Assembly: GCA_026982655.1 (NCBI GenBank)
Contig: JALSGO010000077.1
Coordinates: 1 to 33,293, forward strand
DNA: 33,293 nucleotides
Direction of reading: 5' to 3'
DNA from: Candidatus Bipolaricaulota bacterium
GTDB lineage: Bacteria > Bipolaricaulota > Bipolaricaulia > RBG-16-55-9
In this document: positions 1-8,893 of the stretch, in pieces
How positions within the stretch are numbered: the first letter of the stretch is position 1
Layout: every line of letters begins with the position of its first letter
The notes under the pieces: model-generated
The model's input: the letters and a program-made list of their open reading frames with translations, nothing else
What the model was told of the DNA's origin: nothing
Databases searched by the model: none
Made by a program: the position numbers and the translations under genes

Positions 1-167
1 CCGGGCTCGAAGCCTTGAGGGACCGTCTTCACAAGCCCGAGCAGCGAGGCCCGCCGGGCGAGTGCGTCCATATGGGGCGTTCGGGCCGCTTCTAGGGGCG
101 TGCGCCCGCCCAGCTCGTCGAGGGGCTCGTCCGCCATGCCGTCGCCGACGAGGATGACATATTTCAT
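1..167 (-). CDS. N-terminal fragment (55 codons) of a COG3635 archaeal-type cofactor-independent phosphoglycerate-mutase-like protein; the gene runs off the window edge. This family is a proposed homoserine kinase analog.
   Basis: The minus-strand translation from ATG at 165-167 reads MKYVILVGDGMADEPLDELGGRTPLEAARTPHMDALARRASLLGLVKTVPQGFEP with no stop before the window start. It matches the conserved N-terminus of the apgM/COG3635 family. It lies 13 nt downstream of the DUF2283 gene on the same strand. Confidence 0.6.
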   Translation of the reverse strand, partial: MKYVILVGDGMADEPLDELGGRTPLEAARTPHMDALARRASLLGLVKTVPQGFEP

Positions 168-180
168 CGCTTTAACAGGC

Positions 181-381
181 CTAGACAGTCTCAAGTTGAA
201 CGATCTTCAGCTGCTCCGGTTGCACGCGTGTGCTGAGGTTCAAGATCTCAATGCCAATTACCTTGCCCTCTGCGTTGAAGTCTAAAACAACCCCTGGTTG
301 AACCTCTTCCGATTCAACGATCTCGGATTCATCAAGACGGAGATACAACGCATCGCTATCCCTGTCGATTTTCAGCCTCAT
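181..381 (-). CDS. DUF2283-family small protein, the putative antitoxin partner of DUF4258
   Basis: The 66 aa product begins MRLKIDRDSDALYLRLDES and ends GKVIGIEILNLS, the typical DUF2283 pattern. Its start overlaps the stop of the upstream DUF4258 gene by 4 nt. Confidence 0.6.
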   Translation of the reverse strand: MRLKIDRDSDALYLRLDESEIVESEEVQPGVVLDFNAEGKVIGIEILNLSTRVQPEQLKIVQLETV

Positions 382-626
382 CGTTTCCTCCTTAAACGCC
401 TATCGAAGAACACTGTGATCACACGATTGGGTTGAACGTGCGGGTTAACGACGACCCTTAGGAATCGTCCACTACGTTCTGAAATAGCTTTGATGTAGTG
501 AGTATTCCCTTCCGAGCCCATTTCTGTTCGATCGGGATCGTCGATTGTTCTCCGGACCCATTCTTCTGGGATGTTGCGTTCCCGCATCATGTCCTGCGCG
601 TGCTTTGAGAATTCGACCTCTGCCAT
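378..626 (-). CDS. DUF4258-family small protein, a putative toxin-like component
   Basis: An internal ATG at 626 gives [24 protein letters not shown]...FLRVVVNPHVQPNRVITVF, about 82 aa. The longer ORF reaching 740 would lie inside thrC. The start overlaps the thrC stop by 1 nt (TAATG). Confidence 0.55.
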   Translation of the reverse strand: MAEVEFSKHAQDMMRERNIPEEWVRRTIDDPDRTEMGSEGNTHYIKAISERSGRFLRVVVNPHVQPNRVITVFFDRRLRRKR

Positions 627-1681
627 TATAGCTTCAGGGCGTTTAAGACTGCTCCCATCTCCGCCGGAACCCGCACGGGCTCCGGCGCGCACGCCAACGC
701 GCGGTCGGGGTCTTTGAGCCCGTGGCCCGTGAGCGTGCATACGAGCGTAGTGCCTTCTTCGAAATACCCTCGTTGGGCGAGCTTGAGCACCCCGGCCACG
801 GAGGCCGCCGAGGCGGGCTCGCAGAAGATCCCCTCCTTCGCAGCCAATAGCCGATACGCTTCCAAGATCTCGGCATCGCTTACGGCCTCGATGAGGCCCC
901 CCGACTCGTCCCGGGCGTTTATAGCCTCTTGCCAGCTCGCCGGGTTCCCGATCTTAATGGCCGTCGCGATCGTCTCTGGGTGCTCGACGGGCGCGCCCCG
1001 CACGAGGGGCGCGGCCCCCTCGGCCTGAAAGCCCAGCATCTTGGGCAGGCCCTCGATCCTGCCCTTCTCGCGATATTCGCGATAGCCCTTCCAATAGGCG
1101 GTGATGTTCCCCGCGTTGCCCACGGGCAGCGCGTGGTAGTCGGGTGCCCGGCCCAAGGCGTCGCAGACTTCAAACGCCGCCGTCTTCTGGCCTTCGATGC
1201 GATAGGGGTTCACGGAGTTTACCAACGTCACGGGGTGCTCCTCGGCAATCTTTCGGACAATTTCGAGGGCCTTGTCGAACAACCCCTCAATTTGAAGGAC
1301 TTGAGCCCCGTGCATGATGGACTGGGCCAGCTTCCCCAAGGCGATGTTTCCCTCGGGGACGATCACGAAGCATTGGAGCCCCGCCCGCGCGGCGTACGCC
1401 GCGGCGGAGGCCGCCGTGTTCCCCGTCGAGGCGCAGATTACAGCTCTAGAGCCCTCGGCCACCGCCTGGGAGACGGCCACGGTCATCCCGCGGTCCTTAA
1501 ACGACCCGGTCGGGTTGAACCCCTCGCACTTGAGATACACCCGTACCCCCGAGCCTACGAGCTTCTCTACGGAGCGGGCCCGCACGAGGGGGGTGCCCCC
1601 CTCATGGAGGGTCACGATGGCGGAGTCGGGCAGCTTCGGCAGCCAATCGCGATACCGGCGGATGACCCCTTCCCAAGCCAT
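626..1681 (-). CDS. thrC: threonine synthase (PLP-dependent)
   Basis: The product contains [16 protein letters not shown] (the PLP-binding Lys motif) and [19 protein letters not shown]. The N-terminus [15 protein letters not shown] aligns with the ThrC N-terminus (M...IERYR..LP). I chose ATG at 1681 over 1702 because 1702 would overlap the asd promoter. Confidence 0.9.
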   Translation of the reverse strand: MAWEGVIRRYRDWLPKLPDSAIVTLHEGGTPLVRARSVEKLVGSGVRVYLKCEGFNPTGSFKDRGMTVAVSQAVAEGSRAVICASTGNTAASAAAYAARAGLQCFVIVPEGNIALGKLAQSIMHGAQVLQIEGLFDKALEIVRKIAEEHPVTLVNSVNPYRIEGQKTAAFEVCDALGRAPDYHALPVGNAGNITAYWKGYREYREKGRIEGLPKMLGFQAEGAAPLVRGAPVEHPETIATAIKIGNPASWQEAINARDESGGLIEAVSDAEILEAYRLLAAKEGIFCEPASAASVAGVLKLAQRGYFEEGTTLVCTLTGHGLKDPDRALACAPEPVRVPAEMGAVLNALKL

Positions 1682-1695
1682 GATGATCCCTTCTC

Positions 1696-1724
1696 TTGAC
1701 ATCCCGAGAAAACTCCCTTATGTT
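1696..1724 (+). promoter_or_regulatory. sigma70-like promoter for the asd-lysC-hom operon: TTGACA, 17 nt, TATGTT
   Basis: The -35 TTGACA is at 1696-1701. A 17-nt spacer follows. The -10 TATGTT is at 1719-1724, about 38 nt upstream of the asd ATG at 1762. It sits in the 80-bp divergent region shared with thrC. Confidence 0.4.
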
Positions 1725-1761
1725 TACTCCATCTTTGTCGGCGGGACAACTCCAAGCGGCT

Positions 1762-2820
1762 ATGGACAAGCTCAAAGTCGGCATTCTGGGCGCCACCGGC
1801 ACCGTGGGCCAGCGCTTCGTGCAGCTCTTGGAGGATCACCCCTGGTTCGAGGTCGCGTATCTGGCCGCCTCGGAGCGCTCCGCGGGGAAACGCTATGGGG
1901 ATGCGTGTGCGTGGAAGCTCCCCACCCCGATGCCCGAGCGGGTGCGCTCCCTCGTCGTGCAGGAGCCGAAGCCGGGGGCCTTCGACGGACCCCTGGTGTT
2001 CTCGGGGCTTACGGGCGACGTAGCGGGACCCGTGGAAGAGGAATTCGCGAAGGCGGACTATGGGGTCGTAAGCAACGCGAGCAGCCACCGCATGGACCCC
2101 GACGTCCCCCTGCTCATCCCCGAGATCAACCCCGACCACTTGCAGCTTATAAAAGCCCAGCAGGAGAAGCGGGGGTGGAAGGGGTTTATCGTCACGAACC
2201 CAAACTGCTCGACGATCGCGCTCTGTCTGGCCTTGGCCCCGCTGGAGCGTGAGTTCGGCGTCGAAAAAGTGTGGGTTTCGACGATGCAGGCCGTCTCGGG
2301 GGCGGGCTATCCGGGGGTCCCCTCGCTCGACATCTTGGGGAATCTCATCCCGTACATCCCCAAGGAGGAACAAAAGATCGAGGAGGAGACGCGCAAAATC
2401 TTCGGACATTTCGCGCAGAACGCTAACGCTATTGAGCCCCATCCTATGGGGATAAGTGCCCAGACGACGCGTGTGCCCGTGCTCGAGGGGCACACGGAAA
2501 CCGTCTTCGTGAAGCTCCGCGAGGAAGCCCCCCTGGACGAGATCAAGCGGTCCCTTCGAGAGTTCAAGGCGCTGCCTCAAGAGCTAGGGCTCCCCAGTAC
2601 GCCGGAGTGCCCCGTGGTCGTGCGAGAGGAGCCGGACCGACCGCAGCCCCGCCTGGACGCCGAAATGGAGCGGGGGATGGTCACGGTCGTGGGCCGCGTG
2701 CGGCCCTGTCCCCTAACGAGCGTAAAATTCGTTCTCTTGGAGCACAACACGATCCGGGGCGCGGCGGGGGCCGCGCTCTTGAACGCGGAGCTGCTCAAGG
2801 CACAGGGGTATTTGCAATGA
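1762..2820 (+). CDS. asd: aspartate-semialdehyde dehydrogenase
   Basis: The N-terminus MDKLKVGILGATGTVGQRF has the NAD(P)-binding GxxGxxG motif. NPNCSTIAL carries the active-site Cys. The stop overlaps the lysC start in an ATGA arrangement. Confidence 0.9.
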   Translation: MDKLKVGILGATGTVGQRFVQLLEDHPWFEVAYLAASERSAGKRYGDACAWKLPTPMPERVRSLVVQEPKPGAFDGPLVFSGLTGDVAGPVEEEFAKADYGVVSNASSHRMDPDVPLLIPEINPDHLQLIKAQQEKRGWKGFIVTNPNCSTIALCLALAPLEREFGVEKVWVSTMQAVSGAGYPGVPSLDILGNLIPYIPKEEQKIEEETRKIFGHFAQNANAIEPHPMGISAQTTRVPVLEGHTETVFVKLREEAPLDEIKRSLREFKALPQELGLPSTPECPVVVREEPDRPQPRLDAEMERGMVTVVGRVRPCPLTSVKFVLLEHNTIRGAAGAALLNAELLKAQGYLQ

Positions 2821-4304
2821 TCGTGATGAAGTTCGGCGGCACCTCCGTCCAAGATGCCGCCGCCATGGAGCGGGTCATCGAGATCGTCCGCTCCCGCCGG
2901 GAGAGGCAACCCGTGGTCGTCCTCTCGGCCCTGGCGGGCACCACCGACGCGCTCCAGCGCTGCGCGGAAGAGGCCCATCGAGGCCGGGAGCGCGAGGCCC
3001 TTCAGCTCTTAGAGGACGGGATCGTCGTCCGCCACCGGGAGGTCGTAGAAGGGCTCCTCCAAGACCCGATGCAACGCCGCCTGCTGCTCGACTCCCTGGA
3101 GAAGCACTTCCAGGAGGTTCGAATGCTGCTACGGGGGCTCGCCATCTTGGGGGAGCTGACCCCCCGCTCGCTCGACACGGTCCTGGCCTACGGGGAGAGG
3201 CTCTCGACGCTCATTGCGACGGCGGCGATGCAGGAGCGGGGGTTGCCCGCCTGCTGGCTCGACGCCCGCGAGCTCCTCGTCACGGACGAGCAGTTCACCC
3301 AAGCCACGCCCCTTCCGGCCGAGAGCGCCGAGCGCGTGGAGAAGTACCTTAAGCCTCTGCTCCGCGACGGCGCTAAGATTCCCGTCACCCAGGGGTTCGT
3401 GGGGGCCACCCCGGACGGGCGGACCACCACCCTGGGCCGCGGCGGCTCCGACTACTCCGCTGCGATCCTGGGCGCTCTCTTGGACGCCGAAGAGATCGAG
3501 ATCTGGACGGACGTCGACGGGGTGATGACCGCCGACCCCCGGGTCGTGCCGGAGGCCCGCACGATTCGTGAGCTCTCGTACACGGAGGCCGCGGAGCTCT
3601 CCTACTTCGGGGCCAAGGTGCTCCATCCCAAGACGATCCGGCCCGCCATCGAGCGGGGCATCCCCCTGAGAATTTTAAACACCTTCAACCCGGAAGCCCC
3701 GGGAACGCGCATCGTGCGGGAGTCCGCCCGCGAGCCGCGCACGGTCAAGGCGATCACCGCGATCAAGGACCTGAGCTTGATCAACGTCGAGGGGCGGGGG
3801 ATGCTGGGGGTGCCGGGCGTGGCCGCCCGCGTCTTCACGGCGGTCGCCCGCGAGAGGATCAACGTGCTGATGATCTCGCAGTCGTCCTCGGAGCAGAGCA
3901 TCTGTTTTATCGTGGAGGCGACGGCTGCCGAAGGGGCGCTGAGGGCGCTGAGGGAGGCCTTCGAGCGGGAGCTGGAGAAGCGGCTCATCGACCGCATCTC
4001 GGCCCAAGACGACGTGGCGATCGTGGCCGTGGTGGGAGCGGGGATGCGCGGAACGCCGGGGATCGGGGCCAAGGTCTTCCGTGCGCTGGGGGAGGCTCAA
4101 ATTAACGTGATCTCCATCGCTCAAGGGTCCTCGGAGCACAACCTCTCCCTCGTGGTGGCCCGCGGGGACGCGGACGAGGCCGTCCGCGCTATCCACAAGG
4201 AGTTTCGCCTGGAGGAGCCTTATGATACGAACGATCCCGCTGGTGCAGCTCGGACTGGGAGGCGTGGGCCGGGCGCTCGTACGACAGATTCTGCAAACCC
4301 GTGA
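2817..4304 (+). CDS. lysC: aspartate kinase (monofunctional, with C-terminal ACT domains)
   Basis: The N-terminus MIVMKFGGTSVQDAAAMERV is the amino-acid kinase motif. ACT-like repeats appear as VAIVAVVGAGMRG...INVISIAQGSSEHNLSLVV. The reading frame continues 28 codons past the conserved C-terminus into hom. Confidence 0.85.
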   Translation: MIVMKFGGTSVQDAAAMERVIEIVRSRRERQPVVVLSALAGTTDALQRCAEEAHRGREREALQLLEDGIVVRHREVVEGLLQDPMQRRLLLDSLEKHFQEVRMLLRGLAILGELTPRSLDTVLAYGERLSTLIATAAMQERGLPACWLDARELLVTDEQFTQATPLPAESAERVEKYLKPLLRDGAKIPVTQGFVGATPDGRTTTLGRGGSDYSAAILGALLDAEEIEIWTDVDGVMTADPRVVPEARTIRELSYTEAAELSYFGAKVLHPKTIRPAIERGIPLRILNTFNPEAPGTRIVRESAREPRTVKAITAIKDLSLINVEGRGMLGVPGVAARVFTAVARERINVLMISQSSSEQSICFIVEATAAEGALRALREAFERELEKRLIDRISAQDDVAIVAVVGAGMRGTPGIGAKVFRALGEAQINVISIAQGSSEHNLSLVVARGDADEAVRAIHKEFRLEEPYDTNDPAGAARTGRRGPGARTTDSANP

Positions 4305-5313
4305 GCATCACGCCCGCACACGAAACGTGCGCTGGGAGTACGTCGCCCTGGCGGACCGGGACGGTCTCGTCTTCGAGCCCCAGGGCCTCTCGGACGATGC
4401 CCTTGCGCGGCTGGTGGAGGCCAAGGACCGAGGAGGGAAACTCCAAACGCTGGAGGGAGGCCGGCCTTGGTCGGGCGACCCGGCCTTGCTCGAGGGGATC
4501 GACGCTGCGTTCGGGGTCGTCGTGGACGTGACGGCCTCTGCCGAGACGGTCCCCCTGCTGCTGCGGGCCGTGGAGCGGGGCTGGGGGGTCGTGCTGGCGA
4601 ACAAGCTTCCGCTGGCGGGACCTCTAAACGTCTTTCGGACGCTGACCCAAAGCCCGAGGACGCGTTTCGAGACGACGGTGGCCGCGGCGCTGCCCGTGAT
4701 CTCCACGCTGCGGACGTTTCTGCTCGACACGGGCGATCGCGTGCAGAGAATAAGAGGCTGCGTCTCGGGGACGCTCAACCTCGTGTGTCAGCGTCTGGAG
4801 CAGGGAGAGCGGCTCTCCCGGATCGTTCGAGAGGCACGGGCCCACGGACACACCGAGCCCGACCCCCGCGAAGACCTAGCGGGGAGGGACGCGGCCCGCA
4901 AGGCGCTCATCCTCGCCCGCCTGCTGGGGCAGCCCTTGGAGCTTGAGGACGTCGCGGTCGAGGGGCTCTACCCCGCCGAGTGGGACGCATTGGGTGTCGA
5001 GGAGTTCCTGGAGCGCTTACCCGAGCTGGACGCGCGCTACCTCGAGCTCGCCGAGGAAGCCCGTTCCCGAGGTCGAACGCTGCGGTACGTCATCGAGGTC
5101 GAGGCCGAGGCCGCGGAGGGCCGCTGCCGAGCCCGTTTGGAGTCCCTGGCTCCGGAGGACGAGCTGCTGCGCCCCGGCGTCGCCGACAGCGTGGTGGCCT
5201 TCTACACCGAGCGCTACGCGAGCGGCCCGCTGATCGTCCGGGGCAAGGGCTCCGGCCCGGAGCTGACCGCCTCCGGCGTGCTGGCGGACTTGCTCCTGCT
5301 GGGCCAGGGTTGA
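4222..5313 (+). CDS. hom: homoserine dehydrogenase (short form without an ACT domain)
   Basis: The N-terminus MIRTIPLVQLGLGGVGRAL has the NAD-binding motif. The HSD signature HGHTEPDPREDLAGRDAARKALILARL is present. A GGAGG at 4211-4215 lies 6 nt before the ATG. Confidence 0.85.
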   Translation: MIRTIPLVQLGLGGVGRALVRQILQTREHHARTRNVRWEYVALADRDGLVFEPQGLSDDALARLVEAKDRGGKLQTLEGGRPWSGDPALLEGIDAAFGVVVDVTASAETVPLLLRAVERGWGVVLANKLPLAGPLNVFRTLTQSPRTRFETTVAAALPVISTLRTFLLDTGDRVQRIRGCVSGTLNLVCQRLEQGERLSRIVREARAHGHTEPDPREDLAGRDAARKALILARLLGQPLELEDVAVEGLYPAEWDALGVEEFLERLPELDARYLELAEEARSRGRTLRYVIEVEAEAAEGRCRARLESLAPEDELLRPGVADSVVAFYTERYASGPLIVRGKGSGPELTASGVLADLLLLGQG

Positions 5314-5338
5314 CGAGAACGGCGAGCTGCAACGTGCA

Positions 5339-6343
5339 TCAGTCCAGCGGCCTGCACCGTTCGTGTCGTCCCGTTCGGGGATCCAGACGCAGGGTGCCTA
5401 GCTGCAGCGTGGAGGCCTCCTCCACCGGCGTGAACACGTCCACGGCGTCCGAGGAGATCTCTTGGAGCACCCCTAACCCGCGGAACTCGCCGCCTTGGAG
5501 GAGGCCCACCAACCGACCGCGGAGGTCCTGCCACCGGTAGAGCTGCAGGCGGGGCACTCCGAGCTCTGCCTGCCAGCTCCTCAGCGTCTCGGGCTGCACT
5601 CGGTCCCCGGTGACGACGAGGACGGCCAGCTCGCCTTTGAGTCGCCACGCGGCTTGGATCGTTACCGCCTCGTGCGCGCGCAGCTCCTCGGGGGTCACGG
5701 GTTCTCCGCAGCCCAGAAGCCCCCGTTCGATCTTCAGGTCCTTCAAAGTCCAGCGCCGTCGTCGCGTGTTCGATCGGCTAAAGTACTCCCGGAAGGCCCG
5801 CTCGCGCGCAGCGATCCGCTCCTCTCGGGTCTTCACCCCGCGATGGGAGACGGCGAGATCGAGGATCTCAATCCCCTGAGCCGCGAAGAGTTTGTAATAG
5901 TCCAGCTCGCGGCCCCGCTGCATCAGCACCACGACGTCGGGCTGCACGAGATGGACGAGCTCCGTCTTGTAGGCGCGGGCCGCCCCGTCGGCGATGTACC
6001 CGTCGGTGTCGATCCAGCAGGGACGCTTCGCCCGCCGGGCCATGAGCGCGATCCCCACGCTGACTTGCAACAGGTTCCCCCGGGGGGAGACGTCGCCCAC
6101 GAAGTGCCCCGCCCTCGGGCAATCCGGCGTCCCGAGCGAGACCACCCCCGGAGGCCCGATCCAGGACTGCCCGACGTCCCCGTCCACCACTTCGCCTCCC
6201 AAGCGCTCCTGCAGGGCCCGGATCAGGGTGCTCTTGCCTACGTCCGTTCCGCCGAGGAAGAGGACCACCCCGCGGGGCGGGAGCCGCTCGGCCAGAGCGT
6301 CTACGGTGCGTTCGAGCGCCCGCGGCCTCGGGTACGTCCCCAT
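5339..6343 (-). CDS. Clp1/Grc3/Nol9-family P-loop polynucleotide 5'-hydroxyl kinase homolog
   Basis: The P-loop VVLFLGGTDVGKSTLIRAL matches the Clp1-family GxTDxGKST motif. The length is 334 aa. The rest of the protein is not otherwise recognisable to me. Confidence 0.5.
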   Translation of the reverse strand: MGTYPRPRALERTVDALAERLPPRGVVLFLGGTDVGKSTLIRALQERLGGEVVDGDVGQSWIGPPGVVSLGTPDCPRAGHFVGDVSPRGNLLQVSVGIALMARRAKRPCWIDTDGYIADGAARAYKTELVHLVQPDVVVLMQRGRELDYYKLFAAQGIEILDLAVSHRGVKTREERIAARERAFREYFSRSNTRRRRWTLKDLKIERGLLGCGEPVTPEELRAHEAVTIQAAWRLKGELAVLVVTGDRVQPETLRSWQAELGVPRLQLYRWQDLRGRLVGLLQGGEFRGLGVLQEISSDAVDVFTPVEEASTLQLGTLRLDPRTGRHERCRPLD

Positions 6344-6404
6344 AGCTCCCTAATGATACTCCAAGGGGGTTCTCGGAGGGAGTTCCGTTTGCGCGATCCA
6401 TCGG

Positions 6405-6433
6405 TTGCCGGGGAGCGTCCCATTTGCTATAGT
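6405..6433 (+). promoter_or_regulatory. sigma70-like promoter with extended -10 for the V/A-ATPase operon: TTGCCG, 17 nt, TGcTATAGT
   Basis: The -35 TTGCCG is at 6405-6410, followed by a 17-nt spacer. TG is at 6425-6426. The -10 TATAGT is at 6428-6433, about 95 nt upstream of the first atp gene. Confidence 0.4.
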
Positions 6434-6530
6434 GGGATGGCGCGAACCCTATCTTCGCTTAAGGGGCCTCTTCGTGGGGCTCCTTTTGCCGAAACGAGAC
6501 CGAGAGAGGGATCAGGAGGCCACGGACCGC

Positions 6531-6887
6531 ATGGCACACGCAGCAGAGACGGCGCAACCGATGAGCCCGGAGGAGCGATTTCGTGAGCTGATCGCCGTGC
6601 GCGAGGTCGAGCGCGAGGTCGAGGAGAAGCTCGCCGAGGCGCGGAGACGAGCAGAGCAGATCCTCGCGGAGGCGGACCTCCGGGTGGCCGAGCGGCGCGC
6701 GGACCTCGAGCGCCAGACCCGCGAAGAGATCGAGCAAAAGCGCGCGCAGACGCGCGGCGAAGCCGAGACCGAAGCCCAAAAACTCCTCCAGCAAGCGGAG
6801 CGCGAGGCCGAGGCGATCCGCCGCCGCGCGGAGAGCCATCGGGCCGAGCTATTAGACCGCTTCCGTCAGGAGTTGCTCGGAGGCTAG
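6531..6887 (+). CDS. V/A-type ATPase peripheral-stalk subunit (G/H-like)
   Basis: The product is about 118 aa, E/R/A-rich and coiled-coil in character (EEKLAEARRRAEQILAEA...). It is the first gene of a G-I-K-E-C-F-A order typical of bacterial A/V-ATPase operons. AGGAGG at 6512-6517 lies 13 nt before ATG 6531. Confidence 0.55.
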   Translation: MAHAAETAQPMSPEERFRELIAVREVEREVEEKLAEARRRAEQILAEADLRVAERRADLERQTREEIEQKRAQTRGEAETEAQKLLQQAEREAEAIRRRAESHRAELLDRFRQELLGG

Positions 6888-6938
6888 CACGGCGGAGGGA
6901 GAACCCGTCCTCAGGGAGGGCAGGAGAGGACCGCACCG

Positions 6939-8840
6939 ATGATTCGCAAGATGAAGCGGGTGTACCTTCTGTACACCCGAGCCGAGCAGGAGCGGCTGAT
7001 TCGGACCCTACAACGGCTCGGGGTGCTCCACCTCGAGGAGGCTCCTCCCGCGGATCCCGAGGCCGAGCCCCGCGCGGAGGAGGAGCTTTCCGAGCAGCGA
7101 CGCGAGATCGAGAACCTCCTCATCAAGGCCCGTGGCGTCTTGGACCTCTTCGAGGAGATCGATCCGCAGCTCGTCCGGGGCATTCCCCGGGTGCCCAGAG
7201 CGGTCACGGAGGAGATCTCCCTTTCCGAGACCTTGCGCGAGGAGATCGAGAAGCTCGAAGGCCGCCTGCGGACGCTTGTTGCAGAGCGCCGTAGCCTCCG
7301 AGACCGCCTGGCTGCCGGAGAGCGCTTTCGCGAGGTCGTCTACGCGGCCGAAGCGCTTCTCCAAGAGGTGCCTACCGAAGGGAGAGCGGTTCTCGCGTTC
7401 TTGGGAAAGGCCCAAGATCGGGATCGCGAGCTGCTGTCGCAGATCGAACAGACGCTGCAACAGACCCTTGCAGGCCGGTTCCAGCTCGCCCGGCAGAGCC
7501 TCAGCGAGGGACGGATTCTGCTGATCGTAAGCGTAGACCCCCTCTACTCCGACGCGGTGCAGGAGTATCTGGAGGCGAAGGGACTGCGTCCGCTGGCGTT
7601 TCCGCCCCATGTCGAGGCCGAGAAGGGCCTGTCCGAGGCCCTCGCCCAGCTGCGCGCGGAGGAGACGACCCTCCCTCGTCGGCTCGCTCTTCTCGAGGCG
7701 GAGCTGCGAACGCTGGCGGCCGAGCACGTCTCCACCCTCCTGCCTCTTGTTGCTGCCTTGGAGAACCGGTTGGCTCAGCTGGATGCGGCCATGCGATTCG
7801 GATATACGGACTTCTCGTTGCTCGTCATCGGATGGGTTCCCGCCGACGAGCTCCCGCGCTTCCGCGAGGAACTCCAACGGGAGTTCCCCGGAATCGTGAT
7901 CAACGAGGACCCCCAGCCCGCCTCCCACGAAGAGATTCCGGTCGCGTTCCAGAACCCGCCCTGGGTGCGTCCCTATCAGCTCCTCTTGGAGTTGATGGGC
8001 CTGCCCAAGTACGGCACCGTAGACCCTACGCCGTTTGTGAGCCTGTTCTTCCCCACCTTCTTCGGGCTGATCGTGGGGGACTTCGGGTACGGGCTCGCGC
8101 TGCTGGCGATCGTCCTGTGGGCCAAGCGCAAGTGGGGGCACACGAGCGAGATGCTCCGACATGGCCTTACGATCGCCACCCACGCCTCGGTGATGGCCGT
8201 GCTCTTCGGGCTGGTCTTCGGCGAGTTCTTCGGGTTCGTGATGCCCTGGCCCCACTTCGCGCGGCTTAAGGCGGCCACCTCGTTCCTGCTCTTCGCCGTC
8301 GCCTTGGGGGCGGTCCACGTGCTTCTCGGATTCCTGCTCGGGGCGATCAACGCGCTGCGCGAGCGCAGCCCGAAGCACCTCTCCGCGAAGCTGGGAGGGG
8401 GCCTCGCCCTGCTGGCCATCGGGGTTGTGGTGGGGACACTCTCCGGCGTGCTCCCCGAGGAGCTGCGCACGCCGGGGATCGCCCTGTTGGCCGCCGCGCT
8501 GGTGATGCTCCTCTACGGCGAGGGATTCATGGGGCTCTTGGAGGTGTTCACGTACGTGGGCCACGTGGTCTCCTACGCCCGGATCATGGGCTTTGGACTC
8601 GCTGCCGTGGTGTTGGCGGAGCTGGCCAACGAGGCCGCCGGGGCCGTGGGGAACCTCGTGCTGGGGGTGCTGGTGGGGGTCGCCCTGCACGCCGCCCACT
8701 TGGTGTTGGACGCCTTCGAGTCCACGATCCAGTCGGCCCGGTTGCACCTGGTCGAGTTCTTCCACAAGTTCTACGAGGCGGGCGGACGGGCCTACGAGCC
8801 GTTCCGCGAGCGCGCGGGCGTCCCGCTTCGGGAGGAATAA
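6939..8840 (+). CDS. atpI: V/A-type ATPase subunit I (membrane a-subunit)
   Basis: The product is 633 aa. It has a soluble coiled-coil N-terminal half and a C-terminal polytopic membrane domain, and sits at the right position in the operon. Confidence 0.85.
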   Translation: MIRKMKRVYLLYTRAEQERLIRTLQRLGVLHLEEAPPADPEAEPRAEEELSEQRREIENLLIKARGVLDLFEEIDPQLVRGIPRVPRAVTEEISLSETLREEIEKLEGRLRTLVAERRSLRDRLAAGERFREVVYAAEALLQEVPTEGRAVLAFLGKAQDRDRELLSQIEQTLQQTLAGRFQLARQSLSEGRILLIVSVDPLYSDAVQEYLEAKGLRPLAFPPHVEAEKGLSEALAQLRAEETTLPRRLALLEAELRTLAAEHVSTLLPLVAALENRLAQLDAAMRFGYTDFSLLVIGWVPADELPRFREELQREFPGIVINEDPQPASHEEIPVAFQNPPWVRPYQLLLELMGLPKYGTVDPTPFVSLFFPTFFGLIVGDFGYGLALLAIVLWAKRKWGHTSEMLRHGLTIATHASVMAVLFGLVFGEFFGFVMPWPHFARLKAATSFLLFAVALGAVHVLLGFLLGAINALRERSPKHLSAKLGGGLALLAIGVVVGTLSGVLPEELRTPGIALLAAALVMLLYGEGFMGLLEVFTYVGHVVSYARIMGFGLAAVVLAELANEAAGAVGNLVLGVLVGVALHAAHLVLDAFESTIQSARLHLVEFFHKFYEAGGRAYEPFRERAGVPLREE

Positions 8841-8893
8841 CGAGCGAAACCGAGCAAATTCAAAACCCATCCAAAGGAGCGTGAGGCGAGACG

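Noticed and set aside
1314-2580. Long overlapping ORFs 1314..2252 (+) and 1612..2580 (-) across thrC and asd
   Set aside because: They are out of frame relative to the strongly supported thrC and asd. Their composition is Arg/Gly/Pro-rich.
7008-8870. 620-aa minus-strand ORF antisense to atpI
   Set aside because: It lies entirely inside the well-supported V-ATPase subunit I gene. Its composition is low-complexity G/R/P/E-rich, the typical high-GC antisense artefact. It has no recognisable motifs.
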